Assembly: GCA_008632985.1 (NCBI GenBank)
Contig: QPGO01000024.1
Coordinates: 511,848 to 575,847, forward strand
Direction: 5' to 3'
DNA: 64,000 nucleotides
From: Psammoneis japonica
Lineage: Eukaryota
The position numbers and the translations under genes were made by a program. The notes beneath the pieces were generated by a model. It was not told the DNA's origin. It made no database searches and worked only from the letters and a program-made list of their open reading frames with translations. This document shows positions 47,859 through 60,619 of this stretch, piece after piece (positions within the stretch are counted from its first letter, which is position 1; each line of letters opens with the position of its first letter).

Positions 47859-48150
47859 AACAATTGCGCGATACACGTGCCCGAAGGTCGAATATCGTTG
47901 CCCGAAGCAACATTCTTCCTTCGCGCAGATGTCCATTCTACATAGTATATGGCATTGAAAATCTCATTGTAGTCGCATGAGTCGTTGCAGTAATTTCATC
48001 AATGACCTCTGTGGTACTGTGCTACGTGATCTACACAAATCGGACATTCTCGAATGCTGGTATATTTTCTACGGTCGCTACGTGCGCGAAGCTCGAATTT
48101 CGTGCCCGAAGCAACAATCACCCTTCGGGCACGTGTATCGCGCAATTGTT
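47859..48150. mobile_element. MITE-like element with perfect 29-bp inverted repeats
   Basis: AACAATTGCGCGATACACGTGCCCGAAGG (47859-47887) and its reverse complement (48122-48150), extending imperfectly ~15 bp further out. Internal direct repeat TCGAAT..CGT.GCCCGAAGCAACA. Confidence 0.75.
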
Positions 48151-49123
48151 CAGCAATTCGCAGCAATGTCAATTTGGATTTCTGAGGCTTTGTGCTGGTG
48201 CAAATGTTGGCTAGATAGGCAAGATCATGCTAGTTGGAAAGGGGGTGCGTACTCCACCTGCACGAGTGTGCTCTGAAACTCAATCGAATCTAGCTCGCAT
48301 GTTGTTGTGTGAAAAGTGACACCCCAGATGGCGCCATGAACGTGCTCTGCATTCGTTGCCAATGCATTTTGCCTTTCAAGAGGTGGCAATCCCATTGTGC
48401 TGCACCCACCTGGCTGCTCTGCTAGAGAGTGCATCCACCATGCTGCACCCACCCTGCTCCAGCCAGAGGGCCTGTGGTGACTCTCTCAGGTGTGACAGCC
48501 ACCTGGAGAAGCAGCTGGCCCTGCAGCAATGGCTCCCCACTCTCTCTGCTCCGGGCGAGCCATAGCCAGGCATCAGGCATCAGTGCCTGCCGGTGATCTC
48601 TACTTTCTAGAGACTCTAGCAGAGTGTGCTGTGCGCACACGACTCCAGGGCCTCAGCGCGACTCCCGCCCTCTGCTGTCCAGAGCAGACAGTGGAGCCCA
48701 CCTGCTCAGGAGTGGCCACTGCTGCTAGCTCTCTAGCCAGCTAGAGAGCAGCTACAGTGTATGCTCTCTACTCTCTCTCTACTCTACTGCCGGTGGTAGA
48801 GAGAGAGAGAAGTGCAGTAGAGAGTAGAGAGAGCCCATCCAGCCATCCTCCAGACTCAGTCGACTGCATGTCGAACGACCGGAAAGTTCGGACAAACTCG
48901 CATGCACAAAAGAGCCTGGCGGTGCGCGCGACGCGACGACAACAACAACCAGTCAGGCTCTGCTCGTCGGTATGGTAGGTAGGTACTGACTGTAGTTGCG
49001 TTGAACGCGTCAGCGTCAGCATTTTTCGAACGAAACAGAAGCTAGACCTACTCTAGAGTGTACGATAACTGGCCTCTTGGTTGCTATCCTCTCCTACTCG
49101 TTGAAAAGTTAAGAAGAACAGAC

Positions 49124-49423
49124 ATGAGTAGATTGCAGAAAGCTGCCGATGTTGTACACAAAACTGCAGTTGTCGGCCTCGTTGCCTATGCAGTTTACGG
49201 GGGTTTCGCTGTGTCATCGCAAATGGCGGAGGGAATATCAAAAAAGGAGCAAGCCCATCCCCAGGCGGGATACATTGAAACGCTCAAGAAAAAAGTTGAG
49301 GAGGAGTACTCGAAATACTACAAGATTGATCACCGAGACTGGTATGATAAAGATGACAATTCTTTTTTGAAAGACGTCCCACGTCCAAATCGACCGGCGA
49401 GAAGAGAGGACCAAAAGAACTAG
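49124..49423 (+). CDS. Small single-TM protein, COX14-like (cytochrome c oxidase assembly)
   Basis: 99 aa. ADVVHKTAVVGLVAYAVYGG resembles the Cox14 N-terminus. Normal gene-like composition. Confidence 0.55.
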   Translation: MSRLQKAADVVHKTAVVGLVAYAVYGGFAVSSQMAEGISKKEQAHPQAGYIETLKKKVEEEYSKYYKIDHRDWYDKDDNSFLKDVPRPNRPARREDQKN

Positions 49424-49783
49424 GTAGATTGTCCGATGGCCTACGTTGCACCAAGGGACGGATGAATTGTGAGGATTGCAACGCTTTGCCAGGATTCTAA
49501 GTGGAAAGAAAAGTGTAGATCTACGTCTATCGAATAAAAGTAGAAGTAGTCTTGCCGTCATTCATTTCTCGTTTACACGGTACAAGTACACAACCAGTCG
49601 TTGTCACGTTATCACCCAGTTTCTCGACTCTCAATGATGAACTACTCTTTTGTATGTCATTTCTTGATTTTGACACTTTATTTTAAGATGCTAGTGTTTT
49701 GAAGCTGTGGAACAACAGGGCGTTGGCCATTATGGTCCAACGCAGCATAAGCTGGACGTTGGTTGTTCTGAAACTCTATATTC

Positions 49784-51250
49784 TTACCCTTGACTCTTGT
49801 AGTTGAATACGTTAGCAACAATGACCGTAGTGTCATCAATTACTTGTTCTTCACGCATCCACCTCGTACCCGCATCCTTTATGAGATATGAAACTGCTTC
49901 GTCAGGTGCTCGCTCTGCTACGACCATATCCACGGTTTCCTTGTTGTTCACAAACTCCCAGAGCCCGTCTGTGGCGACCACTAGGAACTTATCCGTGTCG
50001 GCGTTGAGTTCGCATTCCGTGAATTCTGGGTCGGAAATCACGCCCGCCGTGTGAGCAACCGCATCGCCAAGCGATCTGATATCAGGCATGGAGAAAAATA
50101 AGCATTAGCTGGAGAAGCTGCCACCAAGGCAGCCGCAGCTTTTCACAAATCACACTCACCGAGACATTGCAAGACCCGGAACATCCATGTGTCCCAGCCA
50201 TACACGAGGAGGCCCGTCAATTCCATCATCATACTCCACGGAGAACACCCGGCCTCCTGCAGCGATAATCCGCTCCTTCTCTTGAGGTGAATCCGGTTTG
50301 TGATCAAATGTGATCTCTTCTGCAACCATCTCTCCGTTCTCCTCCTTTCCGAGAATCACTCTAGAGTCCCCAATGTTCACCGCAGTCAAATGGTTTCCTC
50401 GGACTATGGCCATCGACAGCGTCGTTCCGCTAAACTCCGTGTCGATTCGATAGTTGCGTATCACAGCTTCCTCCACCTTGTTAATCGCCTCTTTGGACGC
50501 TTTTTTGATATCTGTCTCCCAAGAAGGGTGATTGAACAGTTCTCCGGGTAACTGGTCCCGAAACACACCAGACACACCATCGCCGTGTTCTCCGTGCCCG
50601 TCCAAGACGCAAAGTATCAGTGTGTTTGTTTTTGGATCGTTCTCCATGATGAGTGCATCCTGGTTTTTCTTCCGAGGGTTGTACGGTGCGTGCCCCTTCT
50701 TCGACATGCCGGAATAATCAGTCACGGCACACTGTACTTCGGCGTGAATATTGTGTGCGCTGGCTCCTGCATCAGACACAGAAAGCTTTGAAACCCCATC
50801 GATCGTCTCGGTTGCCCCTGTCACGGTGAGACGACGACGCATTTTCTGGAAAGGAGCCGCCAACCCTGAAGCCTGATGCAATAGCATAGATTTTCAACAG
50901 CAGAAAAACTGTAGGTGAGTGACAATGCCTAATGACAACGACTACCAAACTAGCATGTTGGACTCTCGTGTGGTACGCTGAAATCACACAAGATACCGTC
51001 GAGTAAATCATCGACTGGCAATAAGTTATTATTGTTGCTTGAACATTGAACATCGCCATCCATGCGGTCACAGCGCGAAAACACACCGCCTCCGGTAGAA
51101 GACCAGACGGGCTTATACGTGAGGCGTCCTTACCATCTGTTTCATCGCTGATTCAGCGCCATTGACAACTTTGTTGTTTGATTCGACATCTTTAGCATCG
51201 TCTCCGGCAACAAAGTTGGAAGAATGAACAACGGAATGAGGAACGCTCAT
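49784..51250 (-). CDS. Protein phosphatase 2C (PPM family)
   Basis: KKNQD, VLDGHG, SGTT, NIGDSR, DHKP, GLAMSR-SLGD (intron ~50076-50159), ATDGLWE and DDTTVIV. The first exon MSVPHS... has a GTAAG donor at ~51134. Confidence 0.92.
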
Positions 51251-51479
51251 CGTGAGGAGCGCTGCAAGCAGAGAAGGTCTGGATTTTTTGTGTGCTTTTG
51301 TTTTGTGTGTGGTGTGCATGTGCCGCCGCCTTGCTGCAGTTTGGATATTTTCGTTTATTGCATATATTTATTGCTCCGTAATACATTTCAATATATTTTA
51401 AAATATAAATTAAAGACTATATTACTCTATTACGTATCCAGAATGAACAATCATCATTTCTAATCGTAATGACCCGTCT

Positions 51480-52820
51480 GCTTTCGCACGGTGTCCAGCG
51501 CATGCTTGCGCACAAAACTCTGTGAGTGTTTCTCTGTGAATGCTTCCCATTGTTGACGAACACAACAAGCAAAAGACAGGGTGTGTGTGTGTTCTCATCA
51601 TCATTTTGGAGTGACTGTGGCCAATTTGCTGTTGATGGCTCCTCATCACTGCAGCAGGAGAGTCTCAGTGGCGGCGGATCACTTTGCTGCTGGCTCGCTC
51701 TGCTGGCTGGTGTGCCGTGACCAGCCAGTGCCAGGGCCGCTCAAGCAAACAACCAACGATGCTGGTGACAGCCCACACAAAACTTCCAACAGAGAAGCAA
51801 CTTTTTAAAAGGGGCTCTCAGAGTTGCTTGGTCAATGGCGCTCTCAGAGGGAGCAGTCAGACGCACAAAAAGCACGGCTGCAAGCACAGCATGGCACAAT
51901 GTGACGGTGCTGCACAGAGTGTGGTGCACCACTGTGCTGAAAAGATGCAGCGCACCAAGAGTTGATCTGTTAACAAGGAGCAGAAAAAGAAACCACTTTT
52001 GCTCATCCCTCTTGTGGCACAGAAGTGACAGCATGGTGGCTGCACTTGCGGGGAACTGAACTTTGTCAAACCTTGCAATGGAAAAGAAGAAAGCTCTGTT
52101 GTGTCAAATCCCAGGGATGCAGCAGTTCAAAATGTTGATTGAAATGGAGACATTTTCATGGCACAGCAGAGGAGCAAGTTTTGACAATGGGTTGCACAAG
52201 CAAGTGCCAGTCTTTGTTTGCCGTGCAGAAAACTGCAGAGGAGGTGGCAACACAGATCAGTTCACTCCCAACATGAACAATGAAATGTCTTGTTTTGTCG
52301 CCCCCCCCCGTGCTTCTTCTTTGCTGCAACATTGGTTTCCCACATGCACTGTCTTGAAAGGTTCCATGCTGCAGCTTCTGCTCTCCAGGCAGCATCTTGA
52401 GGTTGAAAGGTTCTGCATCAACATTTGCATGCCACTGAATCTCAATGTGTGGCTTTCAAACCTTTAGAAACTTGCAACTGTGGATGAGGGGCACTGTCAA
52501 AGGGAGGGACGTGAACGTTCATGCTCCCAGACAGATTTTGTTGACAATTGTCAAGGATGACTTGATGATGCCCGTGCAGTGTTTGACCGATGGTGGGGAG
52601 GAGATGCACTCCACATTCCACCTGTCCCGTTCCCGAGTTTTTCATTCTCCAGTGACAGGTGCACTTCGAGAGAGCATTGGCCTGAACACACATGCATGCA
52701 GACGAATGAGACCACAACCATTTTGTTTCAGGTTGAAATCAAGCATGAGCAAGCACCTTTCGACGGGAATCGGAACATTTCATTTTAGACTCTCCAACCT
52801 TGTGCCAGGCTCAATACAAT
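51480..52820. mobile_element. TpA-depleted block (TE- or gene-fragment-derived)
   Basis: Composition matches the other eroded blocks. No assignable domain. Confidence 0.45.
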
Positions 52821-53288
52821 GACGAGCGTGGTAGACAAAAGAACATAGTGGCATCTCAGGCCTGATAGAGGGAAACCTTGGATTGTGGATGATCAGGAGT
52901 TGTGTTTAGCGACACTCTCTATCCTTAACGATCAGTGTAACTCATCTCAATTTGTCGGGCTCATTTTCTCAGGCAAAGACAGACAACGGCGAAGTGTAAG
53001 TTCTACGAATCGACACAAGTAAAGCGTCAGCCGGGATATCGTTATTTGTGTGCCGCGATATTAATAGCCAAGCTCGGAGCCACCGGGCTAACTGCACACT
53101 AGTGTGAATCGTGAAATGTGCGAAAGCGAACGTGGAGCGGTAAACTATGGTGCTGACTAAAACGTAAAGATTTGAATTGAACTATAATGTAGGGGGGCAT
53201 AGAGCCTTAATGCCTGTAAATGCCCACCGGGCAAAGTATGAAACTACATCTGCTAGAGGCAGACCAGTTAATGGTCAATATTCTTCTC

Positions 53289-54990
53289 CTAAATGTTCTT
53301 CCGGTGTCCCTTGCGTTTTTCAATTCGCTTCTGTCGCGATTTCTCTTCTTTGAGCATCGCTAACACAGTAGCTTCAGCCGCTACATCGTTCTTCTCCTTC
53401 CCGCAAATGGCTTCGGCTGCTTCATCTTTCTTCTTCTCTTGCTCATTCTCGCTAGACTGGGCCTCCTCTTTCCTTGACATCCGGTACCAACAAATGATTT
53501 CATTCTCAACGGCGTTGAAAATACAAGAAAAGAGATTTGTGGCGGATTCGTTGGCTACGGGGCTATTCAAAATGGCGCGGCGGTCTTGGTCGACTTCGAG
53601 AACTGGAGACCTCAGGCTCCTTGTCCAATAGCCAACCTCTGCACCCCAAAAGACCACCGCATGTACTGGTTGTTCCCTGGTCTCCTTCTTCTCCACTGTG
53701 TGTAGTCTCGACACGAAGAAGACGATACCTTCTTCCATTCGAAGCACGCTTGCCTCGCCGCAATGTTCATCGCTGATACTTGGTCTGCGCAGAGTCCTTC
53801 CCTTTTCAGACAAAGCAGAAGTTCCTCAGTCTTTACCCACCCTCCACTCTGCGTGTTAGATCGTCACGAAACGACTACTCTATGGATAAACGCCATTTCT
53901 TTCTCTCGTCTATGCTGTAGATTGAACTCGCAATTGTCGCAGCCGCGAACATGTATTTCGTTTTGCAGCAGCAACTAGAATGCCACGTTGACGTGTCGTT
54001 CCTTGGGAGTCAAAGTTTGAACCGACTGGTAAGGAAGGTCGGCTGGCCGGTTTTCACGTGTTGCCTAATGTGACACCGCCTGATCTGGTTTTTCTTGTGC
54101 CCTTAACTCTTGTCGCGAAAAAGCGCATTGCCAAAGTGGGCTTCGTGGAACATCTGTCGTCCTTGTTGTCACTATCGGCGGTTGTAATCGACGGTTCCAT
54201 CAAGGATGTCCCATGAGGTTCGCCAGGTGCTAGCCCAGCCATTCTTAATCCCCTCTGCAAAGAGTGGCTCGACAAAGGAATCCACGCCTGCATGCTGGCC
54301 ATTATTGTCTTGTTGAGAGACAACGCTTTCTTTCTTCTTTTCTTCCTTTCTTCTTCGAGATCGTTTCGTCGTCGACACCTTGGGTTGCGCGTTGGACAAA
54401 GTAGCATTAGTGGAACGTCCGTTGTGCTCGCTCCATCGTCTGCACACATCCCAGTTTGCAGTAGAAGGTGTTACTATGGAAGCTCCGCGTTGTTTATCAG
54501 GTCCTTGCTTTGCGGAAAGGTGGTTCTGCCATGGGTTCGAGCGTTCAACTGGCGTCAAACTCCTCTCCATCGGTGGCTGCACGTTCGACAACTCCTTCGG
54601 CGCTTGCAAATGGATGTGTATCAAAGTTGGCTTCCCGGGTTCACGCTCAGTAGCTGGTTCATGCTCTCCATCAGTAGCTAGTGCGTCCCGTTCCTTTTGC
54701 GTGGCCTCTCGGGCGGAGCGTTACTTTGCGGCAGGCATCGAGGACAACGAGGCAGCGTCATCGACATGCCGGTTTGCGGCCTTACTCGCCTGCAGTGTAG
54801 TATCAAGGACAAGGAGGTATCTCGCCGATTGCTTACAAGCAGAAACGAGTCCACGGAAGTTGAGTTATAGCTGGAGTTGGATCTGGTCTAGACCGGCACT
54901 TGCCACATTGTTCACAGCATTTCGAGTGCGGCGTCGCCTTTTCTTCAGAAGGTGGTCTATGCGCTCGTTTTTCACGCCGCTTCTCACGGC
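53289..54990 (-). pseudogene. Fragmented coding-like region of unknown function
   Basis: Several minus-strand ORF pieces with K/E/R-rich ends, broken by stops and frame changes. There is no room for a start before the pfkB stop. Confidence 0.3.
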
Positions 54991-54993
54991 AGT

Positions 54994-56197
54994 TCAAGCC
55001 CACAGTTTTGCTCCTTGAATCAAGAATGATTCAACCTGTGCAATTGTGGGCTGCGCTGCAATGGCGCCTTCTGTAGTACAGGTCAATGCTCCAACAGCAG
55101 AAGCAAAAGTGACCAGGTCGTCAATCAAGTCGTCATCTCCTGTCTCGTCTAGGCGGATTCGTTGTTGTACGAGGCCGTGAAGGATGCCGGCTAGAAACCC
55201 ATCTCCAGCCCCCGTTGTTTCGATTGCGTCAACGCGAAACACAGGCATGTGTCCAACATGATTGATGCGGTGGAATAGGACGCTCCGAACTCCCCCGCCG
55301 TGACAAAGACAGCAAGCGCGTGCGGCAGGTGCTTGTGAATCGTTTCTGGATGCTTCAATGCCTGCTCCGCAGTCACATCTTCAAACAGCCATTCAGCTTC
55401 TTCCTTGGTGAGTTTTATAACGTGAGCTTGCTGAATGAAATCCAGTATCGTCCTTCTGGCCTCGTTTTCATCGCATTGCCAAAAGATCGGCCTCCAATTG
55501 ATATCAACGCAAAGTTTGGCTCCGTGGTTGCATGCGTGGTTCAAAATGTCATGAATTGCTCGCGAGGTTTGCGGGTATGCTAGACCTAATGTTCCGGTTA
55601 CAATCCATTCCAAGCTAGACATCAACATATCAAGTGTGTCGTTGCTTCCGACCGTCCAGTCGGATACATCCAAGTAGCAATCAGCGAATAGGTTTGTCGG
55701 TCGATTTTCATAAAAGCCGGCAAAGGACCGATCCCCATTCTCGTCTCTGGTCACCATCACTCGTCGAGTTGGGAAGTCGTTTGTACGTCTCAGTAGTGAT
55801 ACATCAACAAAGCATTTCTCCAATTCACGTTGTATGAAATCCCCGTCCTCGTCTTGTCCAACACAGCCGCAGAATCCAGCATGAGTTCCCAATTTGCAGC
55901 ACGCGGTAGCAACTTTGCAGACGCTCCACCGGGAAAGGCTGTCCATGCTTCACGGTCAATCATATCCTTTGCGGATAATCCGTTTTTGTTCGATATGCAA
56001 TCCAATAAAGCTTCTCCCACACACAGGATCTTTGAAGATGCAGCCAACGTCATCGACGAGAGACTGTGTGTTGAGAAGAAAGACGTCTCATGCCGCGGAG
56101 TATAAGCCCGGTGTGAAACGAAACCAGTGACTGGTGTTATGCGAAGGGCGGTACCGGTACACAAAATCAGGGACAAGAGAACAGATTGCATTGTCAT
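54994..56197 (-). pseudogene. pfkB/ribokinase-family carbohydrate kinase (fructokinase-like) with two frameshifts
   Basis: Signal peptide, CVGEALLD, PGGA, DINWRP..W, IKL..EE and ETTGAGDGF. The frame breaks at ~55914 (GCA AA GTT where A-N-V is expected) and at ~55262, with no intron signals. These could be assembly indels. Confidence 0.75.
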
Positions 56198-56471
56198 GCT
56201 TGTGATACTTGTACAGTATAATACACAATGTAGACTAATCTCTACTATCATACTCTATACTCTCTACACTGGCGAAATTTATTTACTGTATTTGCGATTT
56301 GCGAGCTTTGCCTGTCATTCAACCCGCTCCTCTCCACAACAACTCCACAACCCACAGCCCATAACCGCAGCCCACAGCTCACCCATCACCATCACAAATA
56401 ATAGGACCTACCATAGCCAGCTCTATCATAGCAACGGAAGAAAACTCCACAGTTATTACTCTTGACCTATC

Positions 56472-58106
56472 ATGTACAATGGAATTGGTCTATCGTCAGT
56501 GCGTGGGACAGCGACGTCGGGTCACGTCCAAGCCAATCGCGGTCGGGTCCGTGGGCAACGACTCCGACGCCAGCAAGAGCGAAATGTCCGGGGCTCGGGC
56601 GGTGGCAGAAAGTACAATCCAGTGTCTGCTTCTGCGAGGGAACGGGGAAACGCAGACTTACAGCGGCATCAGCAGCGACGACAGTTGGAGAATGCCTTAT
56701 TGGAACTAAGAGAAGAGTTGGAAGGAAAGAACTATACCGACGAAGAAATTGACGAGCGGGTCGAACGCGAACGTAGCCGACAGGAAGCGGAATGGAAACG
56801 ACAAGAAGAGGCAGCACAGGCGGCTGAAGCTGCGAGACAGAAGCGACTGGAAGAAGCGAAACAGAAAACAGAGGCAGAAGCTGAGACTGGAAATGCAGAG
56901 GAAATGCACAGAACTGATGTGGTGCACAGAGGTCAGTTCCGCTCGAGACAGGGGCATCCTCGGTTCCATCCTAAACAGAAGACGACGAATACGCATGTTA
57001 CTGCTGCGCAAAAAGAGAACGAAAACAGCCGACTTGCTAGAGCTTTTGGTATACGTGCAGAACAGCATGTAGAGGGTGCGGCTTTTGATCGAGAACTACA
57101 GGAACAGAAGAAGAAGGAACGCCAAGCACGCTTGGATGCCGAGCAGAAGGCACAAGAAAAGCTTGATCGAAAGCGACTTAAAGAAGAGCGAAAGGCAAAG
57201 AAACTTGCTTTGAAGCAGGAAAAGAAGGAGAAAAAGAAAGAACGGGGTAGATCTCGTACAAAACGATACAGGAGTCACTCGTCCTCTCGATCTCGAAGCA
57301 GCAGCTATTCTTCGTACAGCAGCGACTCCTCCTCTTCGAGTCGCTCTTCGTATTCCAGCTACTCCAGTTCTGATAGTCATCGACGTCGTCGTCGCAGGCG
57401 TAGATCTGTTAGTAGCAGTAGTCGTGGCAGCCGATCTTCGTACTCGAGTTTCAGCAGCCGATCAAGTCGAAGTGGATCGTATTCTCCTGACGATGATGCT
57501 AGGAGGAAGAAGAGCAAGAAGAACAACCAGAGACGTCGTGACGGCCGCTCCATATCTCGGTCGTCGAGTGCACCGCCGTCACCCGCGCGCTCGAAAGAAA
57601 GGGACCCCGAAAAACAACGGCTAGAAGAACAACAGCTAGTCTCGTCCTCGCGCAAATCTTCAAGGAGCCGTTCCTTATCTAGGAGCCTGAGCCGATCTTC
57701 AAGTCGTGGGGGGAGCAAGCGCAGACCGCGGGCTCCAAGCAAAGACCGTTCCTCGTCAAGAAGTCGCTCGTTTAGCCGGTCGTCTAAAAGCCGTTCGCTA
57801 TCTAGCAGCAGAAGCAGACACTCGCCGAGGCATGACAAGGAGGAGCGTGTTCATAAGAGACGAAGATCAACCTCACGCAGTAGGTCGCGGTCGTCGTTAA
57901 GCTCGCGATCTTCCTCACGATCCCAAAGTCCAAAAGTTAGAGATAGCAAAAGGCGCCGTCGATCCCGTTCGATGTCTCGGGAACGGAATAAAAGGAAGAG
58001 AAACAGGAAGAGTCCATCCTCTTCTTTCTCACAAAGTCGATCTCGATCGTCCAATAGTGGCAGAAGGCGGCATTCTCGGTCTCGTAGCTCTTCATACTCT
58101 CGTTGA
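56472..58106 (+). CDS. CWC21: Pre-mRNA splicing factor Cwc21/SRRM2-like, with RS-rich C-terminus
   Basis: MYNGIGLSSVRGTATSGHVQAN N-terminal signature, cwf21 domain and a long RS tail. Confidence 0.92.
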   Translation: MYNGIGLSSVRGTATSGHVQANRGRVRGQRLRRQQERNVRGSGGGRKYNPVSASARERGNADLQRHQQRRQLENALLELREELEGKNYTDEEIDERVERERSRQEAEWKRQEEAAQAAEAARQKRLEEAKQKTEAEAETGNAEEMHRTDVVHRGQFRSRQGHPRFHPKQKTTNTHVTAAQKENENSRLARAFGIRAEQHVEGAAFDRELQEQKKKERQARLDAEQKAQEKLDRKRLKEERKAKKLALKQEKKEKKKERGRSRTKRYRSHSSSRSRSSSYSSYSSDSSSSSRSSYSSYSSSDSHRRRRRRRRSVSSSSRGSRSSYSSFSSRSSRSGSYSPDDDARRKKSKKNNQRRRDGRSISRSSSAPPSPARSKERDPEKQRLEEQQLVSSSRKSSRSRSLSRSLSRSSSRGGSKRRPRAPSKDRSSSRSRSFSRSSKSRSLSSSRSRHSPRHDKEERVHKRRRSTSRSRSRSSLSSRSSSRSQSPKVRDSKRRRRSRSMSRERNKRKRNRKSPSSSFSQSRSRSSNSGRRRHSRSRSSSYSR

Positions 58107-58565
58107 TGATTTAGTGTGATGATGTGATAGGTACTCGTACTATCAGTGATAAACCCCACTACAATTTGTTAGCAGTCCTAGCTAATCAATGTCGCTCTAG
58201 AGCTAATAGAGTTTCAAGTCCTAAGTGTATCATTCTGAAGGCGGACCTCGTGGGATCTGGATGTGCCGCAAACACTGTCCTTATCGTAGGCAGCTCGCGG
58301 TCAAGGCCAAGGAATGAAATTTCCATGAGCCTCTACCTGTAAGAAGTTAAGGATGGGTCAACGAGTTATTCCTTCATGTTATGGTATCTATACTTGCATA
58401 TCACCAGTGTGAATAACGGTTGGATGTGCAGTCGCCCTTTTGTGTACATATGACAGGTCATTAATTAGATGTATGAATTATCTCACTGCTGTAGTCCGAA
58501 ATCAATATAAGCCTCGCATTAACAAGCAATTCACGAACCAAGGCATTCGCAGCACAACAATCCAA

Positions 58566-60308
58566 TTAGATTCGAATCTGATACGCCCCAGCCTTCGTAA
58601 TGTACCGGACCCATCTGTTCGTGTGGTATCCCGACTTGTCGTAGACCCTTAAGAAACGAACATGAACACCACTAGCCGTAAACATGGGAACTTGGAATTC
58701 AACGCTTATGGGTTGTCGGCTCCAGGCCTTGGGTCTCACTGTAGGTAACAAGTCCACATCTGCCTGAATGTGACATTCAGACTTGCCTGGAAACCTCTTC
58801 ACACGCCACACAATCGACTGCTGTTCAGGCTCATACTTGGCCCGTCCAAACGAATGTTTGATCTTTGCTTTCGCAGTATTCTTCGGAACGGGGATTTTGA
58901 TCACCACATGAGTCGCAAAGAGCTGATCCGCAAAGGTAGCCAGGACCTTTAAATTTATAGATACCCTGGAGTGCAACAAAGAAATGATTAAAAGCAGCTC
59001 TCAACATGGATTTCAATACCACAGGAAAGTTACTCACTTTGAGGATCCGTGCAGCTCTTGGACTGCGGGAATGATTCGGAAGGGAAGATTAATATTATCT
59101 GTGACCCTGTATCGCATGAGCTCAAACTCCCCGTCGGGTGGAATAAAGGTAATGGTTCTGTCCGCGTCGAACTTGCCAAGTCGAACACTACGATGAAACG
59201 TGCAATCATCAATCTCTACGCCCGGCTTGCGCTGCGACCCGGTTTCCTTCTCAATGACAAGCTTGTCATTCAATCCGAACTTGCATTCCGGCATACCTGT
59301 CAGTTTAGTATTCATATGCACCTGTCCAGTCACTTCGTTGCGCAGGACGCTGCCGGTGCTGGACAGCAACAGGTTGACGCTCTCCAACACGTCGATGTAT
59401 ACTTCGTTCTTCTTGTGACGGATTCCCTCCCGCCTCCAATCAATCGCCCCCGTGATTTGGCTAGTCAGCTGCGACGGCTCCGGCTCGTCCTGGGGTTTGA
59501 CGTTGCCGAGGTTAATGTAGAGACGTAGCACATCAACCGCGCAGTTCTGAGGGTATCCGAAATCCATCGTCTCGTCCATAAGTTCGTAAATAAGAGTCAT
59601 GTTATTGCGCATGGAGTTTTCGTCGAAATCTTCACCGAGATAAGCCTTAAGGATACGAATCTTCTGAAACAGATACTCAAAAACAAGGGCCGGGTTGACA
59701 TTGGATCTAGTCAAGGCAACAAAGTACATGTTCAAGTGACGAGTGTAGAGGAAGGAACAGTTTTCGATACGCTTTACCGGAGCCTGAGTGCCTGTTTCTT
59801 TAGCCGCAATAACCTGAGAAATGTCGTAGGCAGGAGGAAACAAGGGTCAGCATTCTTTCTGCATGGTCGTCAAACATGAAAAATTATTCGATGATTTTTT
59901 TCCTCATCAGTCGGTGATTTCGCGCGATCAATATATAAATATTCAAGCAACAGATTTAGTATATATGTCGGCCGTTAAGATAGATCCTAAAGCTTGAATA
60001 TGTCGAGATTAAATCATCCCAACATCGATGAATACAGCAATAAAAAATGCCAACACCTCCCAATGGTATTTTTCGGGAGTGGCCATGAAAGATCGTGAGC
60101 AATTTACTCACCTGCAAACGAAATGAATCCGCTGCAGCACGGCTAACATCATCTCTGTTGAAAATAGGAAAGCAGGGGAACCGTTAAGTCGAAGCCCTTC
60201 GTGTTAAAGGCGCACAACATCGAGACGTAGGCACGAACTCACTCACCGATACTGACGCGAGATCATAATGTCGCCCTTCTGGTTAAGAACCATTATCATC
60301 GAGATCAT
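58566..60308 (-). CDS. AP2M1: AP-2 complex subunit mu, multi-exon
   Basis: MISMIMVLNQKGDIMISRQYR, IYELMDETMDFGYPQ, TGAIDWRREG, GMPECKFGLND, FIPPDGEFELM, FQVPMFTASG and WVRYIT. Confidence 0.93.
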
Positions 60309-60619
60309 GGTCGCTCAGTATTCGTGATACAACAATACACCTAGTAGAGGAGAGACCAGAGCGAGAGGGAAACGAAAGAAGCGTGGTACGGATAAGTACG
60401 GAGGAGCTGTCACGGTGTTCTTGTTGATCTCGTGTCTCGTGGTTGTTGGGTTGTTGACATTTTTTTTATCGACGACCTCGCGGCCGGCAGCCGAGGGTGC
60501 TATCCACGGCAACAGTACAGGATGTACAAGAAGCTAACGTATGTAGAAGCACGTACCGAACATACTACGCCATAAAAGGTTGTATTCATCATCCGGGTTC
60601 CAACGCATTTCGTCACGAA

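Noticed and set aside
51340..51470. Very AT-rich ~130 bp upstream of PP2C as a TE terminus
   Set aside because: No matching inverted repeat was found. It may simply be promoter sequence.
54380..55018. 212-aa plus-strand ORF
   Set aside because: No recognisable motifs, and it is antisense to coding-like minus-strand sequence.
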